DNA from: an uncultured Planctomycetota bacterium
Lineage (GTDB): Bacteria; Planctomycetota; Planctomycetia; Isosphaerales; Isosphaeraceae
Assembly (NCBI GenBank): GCA_963823665.1
Contig: CAWGMQ010000008.1
Location: 480,001 to 544,000 of the forward strand
Length of the DNA: 64,000 nucleotides
Direction of reading: 5' to 3'
The notes below the pieces were generated by a model that saw only the letters and a list, made by a program, of their open reading frames with translations, did not search any database and had not been told where the DNA came from. The position numbers and the translations under genes were made by a program. Of this stretch, positions 1 through 9,105 are shown piece by piece (within the stretch, counting starts at the first letter, position 1; every line of letters starts with the position of its first letter).

Positions 1-328
1 AACCAGAAAGCTGACCCACGCCGACCTGGGCCAGATGAAGCTCTATGTGAACTTCTATGACCGGGAAGTGGCTGGCGATGGCGACAATCCCACGCTGGGA
101 CTGATCCTCTGCACGGACAAGAACGACGCAGTTGTGCGTTACGTTCTCGATAAAGACCAGGAAACGATCTTCGCGAGTCGCTACCAGATGGCTCTGCCGA
201 GCGAGGCCGAGCTGGCCGCCGAGATGCGCCGAGAGATGGCGACGCTGGCCTTGGACGCGCCCCCGCCGGTGCTCGCTGGGAATCGAAAAACGCGTCGCTC
301 CAAAATCGCCCGGAAGAAGACGCAATGA
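1..328 (+). CDS. YhcG/DUF1016-family PD-(D/E)xK nuclease-domain protein, C-terminal part (5' truncated by window)
   Basis: Frame reads KLTHADLGQMKLYVNFYDREV...DNPTLGLILCTDKNDAVVRY...IFASRYQMALPSEAEL, the typical YhcG C-terminus; stop overlaps the res start (ATGA at 325-328). Confidence 0.85.
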   Translation, partial: TRKLTHADLGQMKLYVNFYDREVAGDGDNPTLGLILCTDKNDAVVRYVLDKDQETIFASRYQMALPSEAELAAEMRREMATLALDAPPPVLAGNRKTRRSKIARKKTQ

Positions 329-3297
329 AGCTTCACTTCGAACCCAACCTCGACTATCAGCTCGCCGCCATCGAATCGGTGTGCGACCTGTTCCGTGGGC
401 AGGAAATCTGCCGGTCGGAGTTCACCGTCACCCAAGACTTCGGTGGCCGCCAAGCGGCCCTCGCCGGGCTGGAGAACGACCTCGGCATCGGCAACAGGTT
501 GACGCTGCTCGACGACGAGATCCTCGGCAATCTCAACGATGTACAGCTTCGCAATGGACTGCGGCCGTCCGAATCGATCGACTCGGGCGACTTCACCGTG
601 GAGATGGAGACCGGCACGGGCAAGACGTACGTCTATATACGCACGATCTTCGAGCTGAACCGGCGATTCGGGTTTACCAAGTTCGTGATTGTGGTTCCTT
701 CGGTTGCCATCAAAGAGGGGGTGTACAAGTCCCTGCAAATCACGGAGGAGCACTTTCGAAGCCTCTATGCCAATGCGCCGTTTGAGTATTTCCTCTACGA
801 TTCCGCGAAGCTCGGCCAGGTGCGGAATTTCGCCACGAGTCCGCAGATCCAGATCATGGTGGTGACGGTCGGTGCGATCAACAAGCAGGATGTCAACAAC
901 CTCTACAAGGAGAGTGAGAAGACCGGCGGCGAGAGGCCGATCGACTTGATCCGGGCGACGCGGCCGATCGTGATCGTTGACGAGCCGCAAAGCGTTGACG
1001 GTGGCCTAGCGGGGCGCGGAAAGGAAGCGCTGGGCTTGATGAATCCGCTCTGCACCCTGCGTTACTCGGCGACACACGTTGACAAGCACCACATGGTGTT
1101 CCGGCTCGATGCCGTGGACGCCTACGATCGCAAGCTAGTGAAGCAGATCGAGGTGGCGGCGGCGGGTGTCGAGGGCGATCACAACAAGCCGTTCATCCGG
1201 TTCGTGTCGGCCGCGAATAAACGGGGTGCGATTTCCGCGAAGGTTGAGCTGGATGTTCAGCGCGTGAACCGGGTGAGCCGCGAAGAGAAGAGCGTCCGCG
1301 ACAACGATGACCTTCAGCAGATCACGGGACGCGCGGTTTATGCGAACTGCCGGATTGGCGAGATTCGCGTGGAGAAGGGGAAGGAGCTCTTGGAAATCAA
1401 GGTTCCGGGAACGGAGCACTGGCTGCAACCGGGGCAGGCGTTTGGCGGTGCCGATGAGTCGATCAAGCGCCAGATGATCCGCCGTACGATCAAGGAACAC
1501 CTCGATAAGGAGATGCGGCTGGCAACGCATAATACTAAGGTGTTGAGCCTGTTCTTTGTTGATAGGGTCGATCGCTATCGCAAGTACGATGACGAAGGCA
1601 ACCCGCAGAAGGGCGACTATGCGGTCTGGTTCGAGGAAGAATATCGCCGGCTGGCGCGGCATCCGGATTATCGAAGTCTGTTCAAGCAGGTCGATGTGCA
1701 GACCGACGCGGCCCAGGTGCACGACGGGTATTTCTCGCTGGATAAGAAGGGGACGTGGTCGGACACAGCGGAAAACAACCAGGGCAACCGCGATAATGCC
1801 GAGCGTGCGTACAACCTGATCATGAAAGACAAGGAAAGGCTGCTGAGCTTCGAGACCAGGCTGAAATTCATTTTTTCGCACTCGGCGCTGCGAGAGGGCT
1901 GGGATAATCCGAATGTCTTTCAGATCTGCGCGCTGCGGGAGATGGGAACCGAGCGGGAGCGCCGACAGACGATTGGCCGCGGGTTGCGGCTCTGCGTGAA
2001 CCAGGAGGGCGCGCGGCTGAGGGGCTTTGACGTGAACACGCTGACGGTCATCGCCACCGAGAGCTACGAGAAGTTCGCCGAGAGCCATCAGAAAGAAATC
2101 GAGCAGGACACGGGGATCCACTTCGGAATCGTTGAGAAGCACCAGTTTGCCGCCATCCCGGTGACCGATGTGTCGGGTCGCACGGTCGCGGTGGGGGTGA
2201 GCCAGTCCGAAGCGATCTGGAACTACTTGAAAGAGACCGGGATGGTCGACGCGAGGGGCAAGGTGCAAGACCGGCTAAGACAGGCGCTCAAGGACGACAG
2301 TTTCACGCTGCCGGACTCGTTTACCGCGCCGCTGGGGCAGGTCAAGGAAGTGCTTCGGAAACTGGCTGGGAAGCTCGAGATCAAAAATGCCGACGAACGA
2401 GTTCAGGTCAAGACGCGTCAGGCGATCCTGCATAGTGAGGAGTTCAAGGCGCTGTGGGACCGCATCAAGCACAAGACGACATACCGCGTGGAGTTTGACA
2501 ACGAGCGGCTGGTCCGAGATTGCGTCAGGGCGATCAGAAATGCTCCGCCGATCACGAAGACGCGTCTGACATGGCGAAGCGCCGATCTGGCGATCGGCAG
2601 GGCGGGCGTCGAGGCGACGGAGACCTCGGTGTCGGCCCCGATCATCATCGAGGAGCACGACCTGGAGCTTCCGGACTTGCTGACGGACCTCCAGGACAAG
2701 ACGCAGCTCACGCGGAGGAGCATCGTGCGGATCTTGACCGCAAGCGAACGGCTTGAAGATTTCAAGAAGAACCCGCAGGAGTTCATCGAGATCGCGGCCG
2801 AGGCCATCAACCGCGCCAAGCGGCTGGCGATCGTGGACGGCATCAAGTATCAGCGCATCGGCGACGCGGAATACTACGCGCAGGAGTTATTCGAGCAGGA
2901 GGAGTTGAGCGGTTACTTGAAGAACGTGCTCGCCGTCACGAGATCGGTCCACGAATACGTGATTCACGATTCGGACGTCGAGAGATCTTTCGCGGATCAG
3001 ATGGAAATTAGCGAGGCGGTGAAGGTCTATGCCAAGCTCCCAGGCTGGTTCACGGTGTCCACGCCATTGGGCCCGTACAATCCCGACTGGGCAGTGCTCG
3101 TTGAAAAGGACGGGGCCGAGCGACTTTATCTGGTGGTGGAGACGAAGGGCAGCCTGTTTGCGGATGATCTTCGGGACCGGGAGAGTGCGAAGATCAAGTG
3201 CGGGGAAGAGCACTTCAGGGCGTTGGCTGTTGGGGAGAATCCGGCTCGGTTTCTGAAGGCAACGAAGCTGGATGACCTGTTCTCGCAGTCACCGTAG
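325..3297 (+). CDS. res: Type III restriction enzyme Res subunit (SF2 helicase + PD-(D/E)xK nuclease)
   Basis: 990 aa; METGTGKT (Walker A), DEPQ (motif II), SALREGWDNPNVFQIC, QTIGRGLRL, C-terminal YNPDWA...VETKG nuclease motif. Confidence 0.95.
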   Translation: MKLHFEPNLDYQLAAIESVCDLFRGQEICRSEFTVTQDFGGRQAALAGLENDLGIGNRLTLLDDEILGNLNDVQLRNGLRPSESIDSGDFTVEMETGTGKTYVYIRTIFELNRRFGFTKFVIVVPSVAIKEGVYKSLQITEEHFRSLYANAPFEYFLYDSAKLGQVRNFATSPQIQIMVVTVGAINKQDVNNLYKESEKTGGERPIDLIRATRPIVIVDEPQSVDGGLAGRGKEALGLMNPLCTLRYSATHVDKHHMVFRLDAVDAYDRKLVKQIEVAAAGVEGDHNKPFIRFVSAANKRGAISAKVELDVQRVNRVSREEKSVRDNDDLQQITGRAVYANCRIGEIRVEKGKELLEIKVPGTEHWLQPGQAFGGADESIKRQMIRRTIKEHLDKEMRLATHNTKVLSLFFVDRVDRYRKYDDEGNPQKGDYAVWFEEEYRRLARHPDYRSLFKQVDVQTDAAQVHDGYFSLDKKGTWSDTAENNQGNRDNAERAYNLIMKDKERLLSFETRLKFIFSHSALREGWDNPNVFQICALREMGTERERRQTIGRGLRLCVNQEGARLRGFDVNTLTVIATESYEKFAESHQKEIEQDTGIHFGIVEKHQFAAIPVTDVSGRTVAVGVSQSEAIWNYLKETGMVDARGKVQDRLRQALKDDSFTLPDSFTAPLGQVKEVLRKLAGKLEIKNADERVQVKTRQAILHSEEFKALWDRIKHKTTYRVEFDNERLVRDCVRAIRNAPPITKTRLTWRSADLAIGRAGVEATETSVSAPIIIEEHDLELPDLLTDLQDKTQLTRRSIVRILTASERLEDFKKNPQEFIEIAAEAINRAKRLAIVDGIKYQRIGDAEYYAQELFEQEELSGYLKNVLAVTRSVHEYVIHDSDVERSFADQMEISEAVKVYAKLPGWFTVSTPLGPYNPDWAVLVEKDGAERLYLVVETKGSLFADDLRDRESAKIKCGEEHFRALAVGENPARFLKATKLDDLFSQSP

Positions 3298-3380
3298 CCA
3301 TTTGCGACAGCCTTGCTCGCGCGGAAGCGCGCTTCGAAGTCGTCGAATGACCGATGAAATGGGCGACTGGACCAATTCCG

Positions 3381-5612
3381 ATGAGATTCGCACACGTTAC
3401 TATCGAGAACTACAAAGGCCTGCGCAGCGTCTCAATCCCATTCTCGCAATTTGTCTGCCTTATTGGCCAAAACAACGCGGGCAAGTCTTCGCTCCTTCAG
3501 GCTGTGCTGCTGCTCATTGAAGGGAAGAAGATTCCCCTCGCATCCTTCTACGACCAGAACTGCGATGTCGTAATTCGGGCCGATCTGGAGGGCATCAGCG
3601 AAGACGACCTATCTCTGGTTGTGAACTTTGAGCACCGGGCGCGGGTTCGCGACGTCGTTGTCGATGGACGACTTTCGCTCGTACGGCGCTATTCTAGCGA
3701 CGGTACTGTACGGCTCCGTTGGATCACCCATGAGCCGAACGAACCGCGATTCGCCGCCGCGGCGCGCGAGGAATTGACCAAAAGCCAACGACCAGGCAAT
3801 GCGTTCGTGGCGAGGGTGATAACAGCGTTTCCGGAACTCGCCGAAAAGCTCAGTGCCACGACGACCGTTGCCGGAGCGCGGAAACTGATCGATGAGCTTG
3901 CAAAGTCACTCCCGGCGGATCAAAAGAAAGAGGTCGAGTCCGACGTAGGCACCGGCATCGATGGCAGCGTCCGCTCGATCCTCCCCGAGCCGATCTACAT
4001 CCCGGCGGTCAAGGACTTTCTCGACGACATCAAAACCAGAGAAGGAACGTCGTTTGGCAAATTGCTCGGCATGCTTCTGGGCGCGATTGGCCCCGAACTT
4101 AGCGAAACGGAGCAGACATTTCAAACATTGAACGAGCGGCTGAATATCACGTTCGACGCGAGTGGGTCACCGGTCGACAATCGCCTCGATCCGGTCCGCC
4201 GGGTTGAGATGTCCATCCACGCATACGTTCAAGAACAATTCCCGCTCGTTGACATCAAACTGAAAATTCCCCCGCCCGAGCTCAAGACGATTCTGTCGAG
4301 CGCAAAAATCGTCGTTGACGACGGCGTCGCGGGCGACCTCGAAACGAAGGGCGATGGCCTCAAGCGCTCGGTCACTTTCGCAATTCTTCGAGCTTACGCC
4401 AGTCTTAAGCGCGACCCAGGCATCGCCCAGGGTAAAAGATCCTCCGGCTACATTCTCATTTTTGAGGAGCCAGAACTCTACCTGCACCCAACCGCGCAGC
4501 AGATCCTCTTCGACGCGCTGTACACCATCTCGCGGACGGATCAAGTCGTGATCAGCACGCACTCACCTCTGTTTTTCTCGCCCGATGCCACGGGGACCTT
4601 CGTCAAGATCGTGAAACAGCCAGGCGAGACGGCGACATCGCGTCCTTTCTCGACTGCGTTCCCAATCGACTTAACCGAAGTCGACCAGCGATCCCGCTTT
4701 CACATAATCAGCTACGACACGAGCAACCAAGCCTTCTTTTTCTCCACGGTTCTCCTAGTTGAGGGCATGAGCGACCACCTCCTTTTTCCGCACCTGGCGC
4801 GCTCGATGAATCCCGACTGGTGCGTGAACAAGCATGGGGTTGCGTTATGCAGAGTGAACGGAAAGGGAAGCATCCGCCGTTACCGTTCGTTTTTCTCGAA
4901 GTTCGACGTCCGGATTGTGGTCTTGGCCGATTTGGACTGTCTGATCGACGGTTTCGATCATCTAGGGGCCAATGTCTCGTGTGTCGAAAAACGAGCGCGG
5001 CTTCTCGAGGCCATCGATTCCGTTCTCAAACCGGAGTGGGCTCGCGCGCGAGGGTCGGCCAGGGAATCAGCCGGTTTGCCGCCATTTACTGAGGGATACC
5101 GAGAGATGATTCGGAGCGGTGTTCTCAAACCCATAAGCAATGATACTATCCGGGAGATATACGACTCTGCCCACAAGAGGGAATCGTGGATAGAACTCGT
5201 CGCTCTTTACGATCAATGTCTCGCGGGCGGCTGCACGCTCGCGGACTTCAAGCAAGCCGGAGATGCGTTCTTCTCGCGGCAGGTTTCGAAGGATCGTCGC
5301 ACTGTGCTGGAAGGTCATGCCACGCCGGAGATCGATCGTCTGAAGCACGAACTTCTGATCATGCTGCGTCAGTCCGACATACTACTTCTGAGCAGGGGAC
5401 CGATCGAAGCGTACCTGCCCGAGGATTGCAAAAGCGCCGACAAGCCGACGCAGGCCTTACGGGTTCGGGAAGTTCTTCGGGACGCCCAATCCATTCGGGC
5501 ACTTTGGGGCGAGGTGCCGATCGCAGGTGACGGGGCTCGGCAAAATGAGCTGGAGCACATCTGCGAGTTAGTTTTTGAAGCTGAGGGCCGTCGAAACACT
5601 CCCTCTTGTTGA
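3381..5612 (+). CDS. OLD-family ATP-dependent endonuclease (ABC ATPase + TOPRIM)
   Basis: MRFAHVTIENYKGL start; GQNNAGKS Walker A, KGDGLKR signature region, FEEPELYLHP Walker B, ISTHSP H-loop, LVEGMSD and ADLD TOPRIM motifs. Confidence 0.9.
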   Translation: MRFAHVTIENYKGLRSVSIPFSQFVCLIGQNNAGKSSLLQAVLLLIEGKKIPLASFYDQNCDVVIRADLEGISEDDLSLVVNFEHRARVRDVVVDGRLSLVRRYSSDGTVRLRWITHEPNEPRFAAAAREELTKSQRPGNAFVARVITAFPELAEKLSATTTVAGARKLIDELAKSLPADQKKEVESDVGTGIDGSVRSILPEPIYIPAVKDFLDDIKTREGTSFGKLLGMLLGAIGPELSETEQTFQTLNERLNITFDASGSPVDNRLDPVRRVEMSIHAYVQEQFPLVDIKLKIPPPELKTILSSAKIVVDDGVAGDLETKGDGLKRSVTFAILRAYASLKRDPGIAQGKRSSGYILIFEEPELYLHPTAQQILFDALYTISRTDQVVISTHSPLFFSPDATGTFVKIVKQPGETATSRPFSTAFPIDLTEVDQRSRFHIISYDTSNQAFFFSTVLLVEGMSDHLLFPHLARSMNPDWCVNKHGVALCRVNGKGSIRRYRSFFSKFDVRIVVLADLDCLIDGFDHLGANVSCVEKRARLLEAIDSVLKPEWARARGSARESAGLPPFTEGYREMIRSGVLKPISNDTIREIYDSAHKRESWIELVALYDQCLAGGCTLADFKQAGDAFFSRQVSKDRRTVLEGHATPEIDRLKHELLIMLRQSDILLLSRGPIEAYLPEDCKSADKPTQALRVREVLRDAQSIRALWGEVPIAGDGARQNELEHICELVFEAEGRRNTPSC

Positions 5613-5906
5613 GGCATGGCGCCGACGATGGGACGCGATAGGTTAGGCGGCGATCCCCGAAACCAGTGCGCCCGTTCCGTGCCTTTGCCCAGGTTCGTCC
5701 GCATCCGGAGGTCAGCTAGCTCGTCGTCAACGCCGAGCGTACGCCCCTCTCGCTGTCGCACGTGCCGAACACAGGTGCAATGGGGTTCATCCATTTGGAT
5801 GGAGCTTCCGTTTTAAGCGGCGATAGAGCATGAGACCGGTAGCCTTTCGCGATGCGGGACGCGCGATGTTAAAGCGTGTGTGCGGATTGCGGTCGTGTCC
5901 GGAGGG

Positions 5907-5968
5907 ACCCTCACCCCGGCTCTCTGCCGGATGGGACCTCACCCCGGCCCTCTCCCGGTGGGAGAGGA
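5907..5968. repeat. REP-like palindrome (CCCTCACCCCGGCCCTCTCCC...GGGAGAGG family), partly tandem
   Basis: Two CCTCACCCCGGC(T/C)CTCT units, the second closing a CCTCTCCC/GGGAGAGG hairpin; a related inverted copy is at about 33925-33961. Confidence 0.6.
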
Positions 5969-6045
5969 AGAGCGAGCGGTTGGTCGTCGCCGGATTCCTC
6001 AACAGGTCCTGGATTTTGCGGCACGTTGGATTCGCAGACACGCTC

Positions 6046-6495
6046 TCAGGAATTTCGCCGGTCGCCCCTCATCTGATTCGCAGTCGCGTACTCCTCCGCA
6101 AGGTCGAATCCAATGTCGGCGGTTGGATCGGTGATCTTGAACGCCGCATGCATGAGGCAGACCATGTGCAAGCCGCTAAAGCGTCCTGGCACGCTTCTGA
6201 GCTCGTATTTCTGAGTTGAGTCGTTGACGTCGAAGCCTTTCATTCCCCGCGTTGCGACCTCAAAGCCGATCTTCTTGACGTCTTGCTTTGACATTCCCGC
6301 AAAATTGTCGATCGCTCCGACGAGGTACATGACGGCGTCCATGCGCTCGGCGCAAGGGGTTTTGCTGCGGAATGTTTTCTGTATGTCCAGCACAGCCATG
6401 TTCTTGACGGACGAATCCTGGACGACCTGAACGGGACAGCCCGTCAGGGATTCGACTTCGTCGACAGTTCGCTTGACGGCGGTTTGTGGGTCCAT
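6046..6495 (-). pseudogene. Probably internally deleted hypothetical protein (N-terminus shared with 7838-8137 fused to a distinct C-terminal domain)
   Basis: First ~37 aa nearly identical to ORF 7838-8137, then diverges to ...MDAVMYLVGA...FSGLHMVCLMHAAFKITDPTADIGFDLAEEY. Confidence 0.5.
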
Positions 6496-6556
6496 ATTGG
6501 CATTATCCTCGGGGCGCGGGGTTTTTCCCAGACGGGGCTATGAATGGGGTGGTCTG
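6383..6556. repeat. ~170-bp direct repeat, copy 1 (copy 2 at 8025-8198)
   Basis: Near-identical sequence at offset 1642, e.g. GGCGGTTTGTGGGTCCATATTGGCATTATCCTCGGGGCGCGGGGTTTTTCCCAGAC in both. Confidence 0.9.
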
Positions 6557-6845
6557 GGCTGTTGAAAAGTGGGACTCGCTGACGAACTTCGCGCTGAGCG
6601 ATTCGGCGCTTTCTGTTGCGCCGCGGTTTTGTGAAGACGGCCGCCAGCACGGACCCCCCCTGGCCCTGGTGTGATGAAAAGAGGGCCAAATTGGCGAATT
6701 TCGGGGTCGACGAATCCGCGTTTTCTGTTGCGCGACGGTTTGGTGATTGCGGCCGCCGCTGGTCACCGATCCTCTCGGTCAGGAATTCTCGCAAGGTGAT
6801 CGTCAGCCTTGCCTTCGACTTACATCCTGCTTCAAGGTCCGGGGC

Positions 6846-7247
6846 TCAGGGCGTGAGCCAATCCTCCAGCCTGAGACCGGGGATGTTCTGGAAATCGGCC
6901 GTGTTGTGCGTCACGAGTGTAAGATCATAAACGAGTGCCACGGAACCAATCATCAGATCCACGGACGGCACCTCGATGCCAATTCGCCTGAGCTGGATCC
7001 GGACTCGTCCAAACTCGTTCGCACAATCCCGGTCGAAGTCCAGAACGCTCACCTCCTGGGAAAGCAATTCATCAATAGCGTTCAGAACCTTCGTCGGATC
7101 AGACCGGTTGTACGCCCAAACGAACAATTCGCCCAAGACGACGCTCGCCGTAAACAAACGGCCGGAATACTGGAAGAATCGGTGGGCCAAGGCCGAGGGA
7201 CGGCGCAAGTGAGCGGAGAGAATATTGGTGTCCCGGAGAAAGCTCAT
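6846..7247 (-). CDS. vapC: VapC-family PIN-domain toxin
   Basis: 133 aa; DTN, xx[17 protein letters not shown]...GLRLEDW PIN motifs; start overlaps the upstream antitoxin stop. Confidence 0.93.
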   Translation of the reverse strand: MSFLRDTNILSAHLRRPSALAHRFFQYSGRLFTASVVLGELFVWAYNRSDPTKVLNAIDELLSQEVSVLDFDRDCANEFGRVRIQLRRIGIEVPSVDLMIGSVALVYDLTLVTHNTADFQNIPGLRLEDWLTP

Positions 7248-7552
7248 TCAGGGACCTCGCGCCGAGTTTCTCGCTTGCGGTCCCGATAGATCTCTTCCAG
7301 AATACGGTCATCCTCCTCCGTCCACGAATCCGCCAACATCCCTGCGGCCGTTCGCGTGGAACCAGGCTGCCACCCGGGAGGTGGTGGCGGAAGCCTTTTG
7401 GGTGCTTTGCCCGGCCTGATCTCCTCAGCGCACGGACCTGACACCGGCGAAGCCGTGACAATGAGTTCCACAGCTTGGCCGTCCAGCATGCCGAGATCCT
7501 CGCTGATCTCGATGGTTTTCCCATGGACCACCCCATGCACTACGCGGGTCAT
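7244..7552 (-). CDS. Putative antitoxin (DUF104/AF2212-like beta-rich N-terminus)
   Basis: [32 protein letters not shown]...[24 protein letters not shown]; directly upstream of and overlapping vapC. Confidence 0.75.
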   Translation of the reverse strand: MTRVVHGVVHGKTIEISEDLGMLDGQAVELIVTASPVSGPCAEEIRPGKAPKRLPPPPPGWQPGSTRTAAGMLADSWTEEDDRILEEIYRDRKRETRREVPE

Positions 7553-7761
7553 GGCTTGCCTCCTTTGCGTTGTCGGTGAATCTGCTCCATGGTCGAATCC
7601 CATTCGGTGTCGTCGGCGAGCGCGCCGGCCGTCCGTAGAATGCCATCGCCCCATTTTCGTGCCGGTCGGGCGATCGTTACCTGGACCTCGACCTCCAAGC
7701 CCTCGGCCACACCGAGGTCTTCATCGAGTTCGATGGTCTTGCCGTGGATCGTTTTCGTCAT
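7549..7761 (-). CDS. Second putative antitoxin, paralogue of 7244-7552
   Basis: MTKTIHGKTIELDEDLGVAEGLEVEV...TAGALADDTEWDSTMEQIHRQR; preceded by AGGAGG Shine-Dalgarno; stop overlaps next start. Confidence 0.7.
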   Translation of the reverse strand: MTKTIHGKTIELDEDLGVAEGLEVEVQVTIARPARKWGDGILRTAGALADDTEWDSTMEQIHRQRKGGKP

Positions 7762-7837
7762 GGTCGGTTCCTCCTATTCGTCGTCGTCGGGTACGATTTT
7801 GCGCTGACGCTTCTTCGGTTTGGCCTCTTGGACGATG

Positions 7838-8137
7838 TCACGCAGGATGCAGATCCGATAGTCGTCCTCGGCTTCGATCTGCTGCTCGTCGGTCAAATCG
7901 CTGTTGTGGTGGAACGCCGAACGTCCGAAGAATGACCCCGCATTTGAAACATGTGAGGTAGGCAGCCGGCTCGGCGAAATTCGGATGGATTCGGATTCGG
8001 TGCAAGCGCATGGGGCCGCGAGAAATGTCCAGACGCGCCATGTTCTTGACGGATGAATCCTGGACGAGCTGAACGGGACAGCCTGTCAGGGATTCGACTT
8101 CATCGACAGATCGCTTGACGGCGGTTTGTGGGTCCAT
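7838..8137 (-). pseudogene. Truncated hypothetical protein, N-terminal paralogue of 6046-6495
   Basis: [38 protein letters not shown]... shared start and upstream DNA; degenerates after ~80 aa. Confidence 0.45.
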
Positions 8138-8198
8138 ATTGGCATTATCCTCGGGGCGCGGGGTTTTTCCCAGACTGCCATCTGAACGGGGTGGTCTC
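8025..8198. repeat. ~170-bp direct repeat, copy 2
   Basis: Matches 6383-6556. Confidence 0.9.
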
Positions 8199-8523
8199 AG
8201 GCCGCTTTCACTGGGATTTTTTGATGGCGCCACGGCGCGGGTCGTCAGCGCAGTCGTCATCGTGTGCGATTAATCAGGGAACTGGGATGACCCGTCGCGG
8301 AGCGAAGGGCGACAATGGGGGATGTCAGATACCCACCGTTTGCCGAGCGTCGGGCACTTGCCTTCTGAGTTTCCGAAATCGTCAGAGGCCGTGGTTTCGC
8401 GCCGAACTTGCGAACCGCGAATGAATGGGTGCGGTGGACCGTGACAAGAGGATCACCCTTCTCGCGGCGGGCCAGAGTAAGAGTACCGAGTACGGGCGCT
8501 AGTGCGAGTAAGGATACGATTGG

Positions 8524-8593
8524 GATTATGATTATGATTATAATTATGAGTAAGATTAAGATTAAGATTATGATTAAGAGCAAGAGTCGGAGT
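8524..8593. repeat. AT-rich hexamer microsatellite (GATTAT/GATTAA/GAGTAA)n
   Basis: gattatgattatgattataattatgagtaagattaagattaagattatgattaagagcaagagtc: about 11 degenerate 6-mers in otherwise GC-rich DNA. Confidence 0.85.
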
Positions 8594-8633
8594 GGTGCGG
8601 TCGAGCGACCCTCAGTACGCGGCGGCTTGGACA

Positions 8634-8668
8634 CACCCCCCTGGCCCCCCCTTTGCAAGGGGGGGAAA
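8634..8668. repeat. REP-like palindrome CCCCCCTGGCCCCCCCTTTGCAAGGGGGGG
   Basis: C-run/G-run hairpin; related copies at about 6653-6668 and 21806-21842. Confidence 0.65.
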
Positions 8669-9105
8669 GGGCTGGGCGGGGGATGTCTGACACTCGCCGT
8701 TTGCCGAGCGTCGGGCGGTCGCGTGCGGCGTGTTCTTGATGACCAGAGCCCGTTGTTTTGCACCGTAGGTGTGAACTTGCGATCTGTTTCTGATCAATCC
8801 TGAATATGCAATAAGCTCGAAACGGTGCGCGCATCCGGTGCCCTATCGACATGTATTTCCGGAAGGATCGTCACGATCCGATCGCGTTCCCGGAAATGTC
8901 TTTCTTGAAGAACCGGAATTAGTTGCGTAGGCGAGAATCGTGCACCATATTGTGGTGGACGGGCGACCGGTCCGGGATGCCACGTCGTTCGGCGCGGGTG
9001 TTCGCGCTGCGGCATTCGGCGATTGGTCGTCTTTTCGGAGGGCACCGGCCGTGGCGGCAGCTCGCTGCTCGGGGTGCGCGCGATACATAGGGTTATGGTG
9101 ATGCG

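Noticed and set aside
3381..5612. Gabija (GajAB)
   Set aside because: No UvrD-like GajB gene is adjacent.
8257..8763. Membrane protein with a poly-Ile helix
   Set aside because: The hydrophobic run is just the translation of the hexamer microsatellite.
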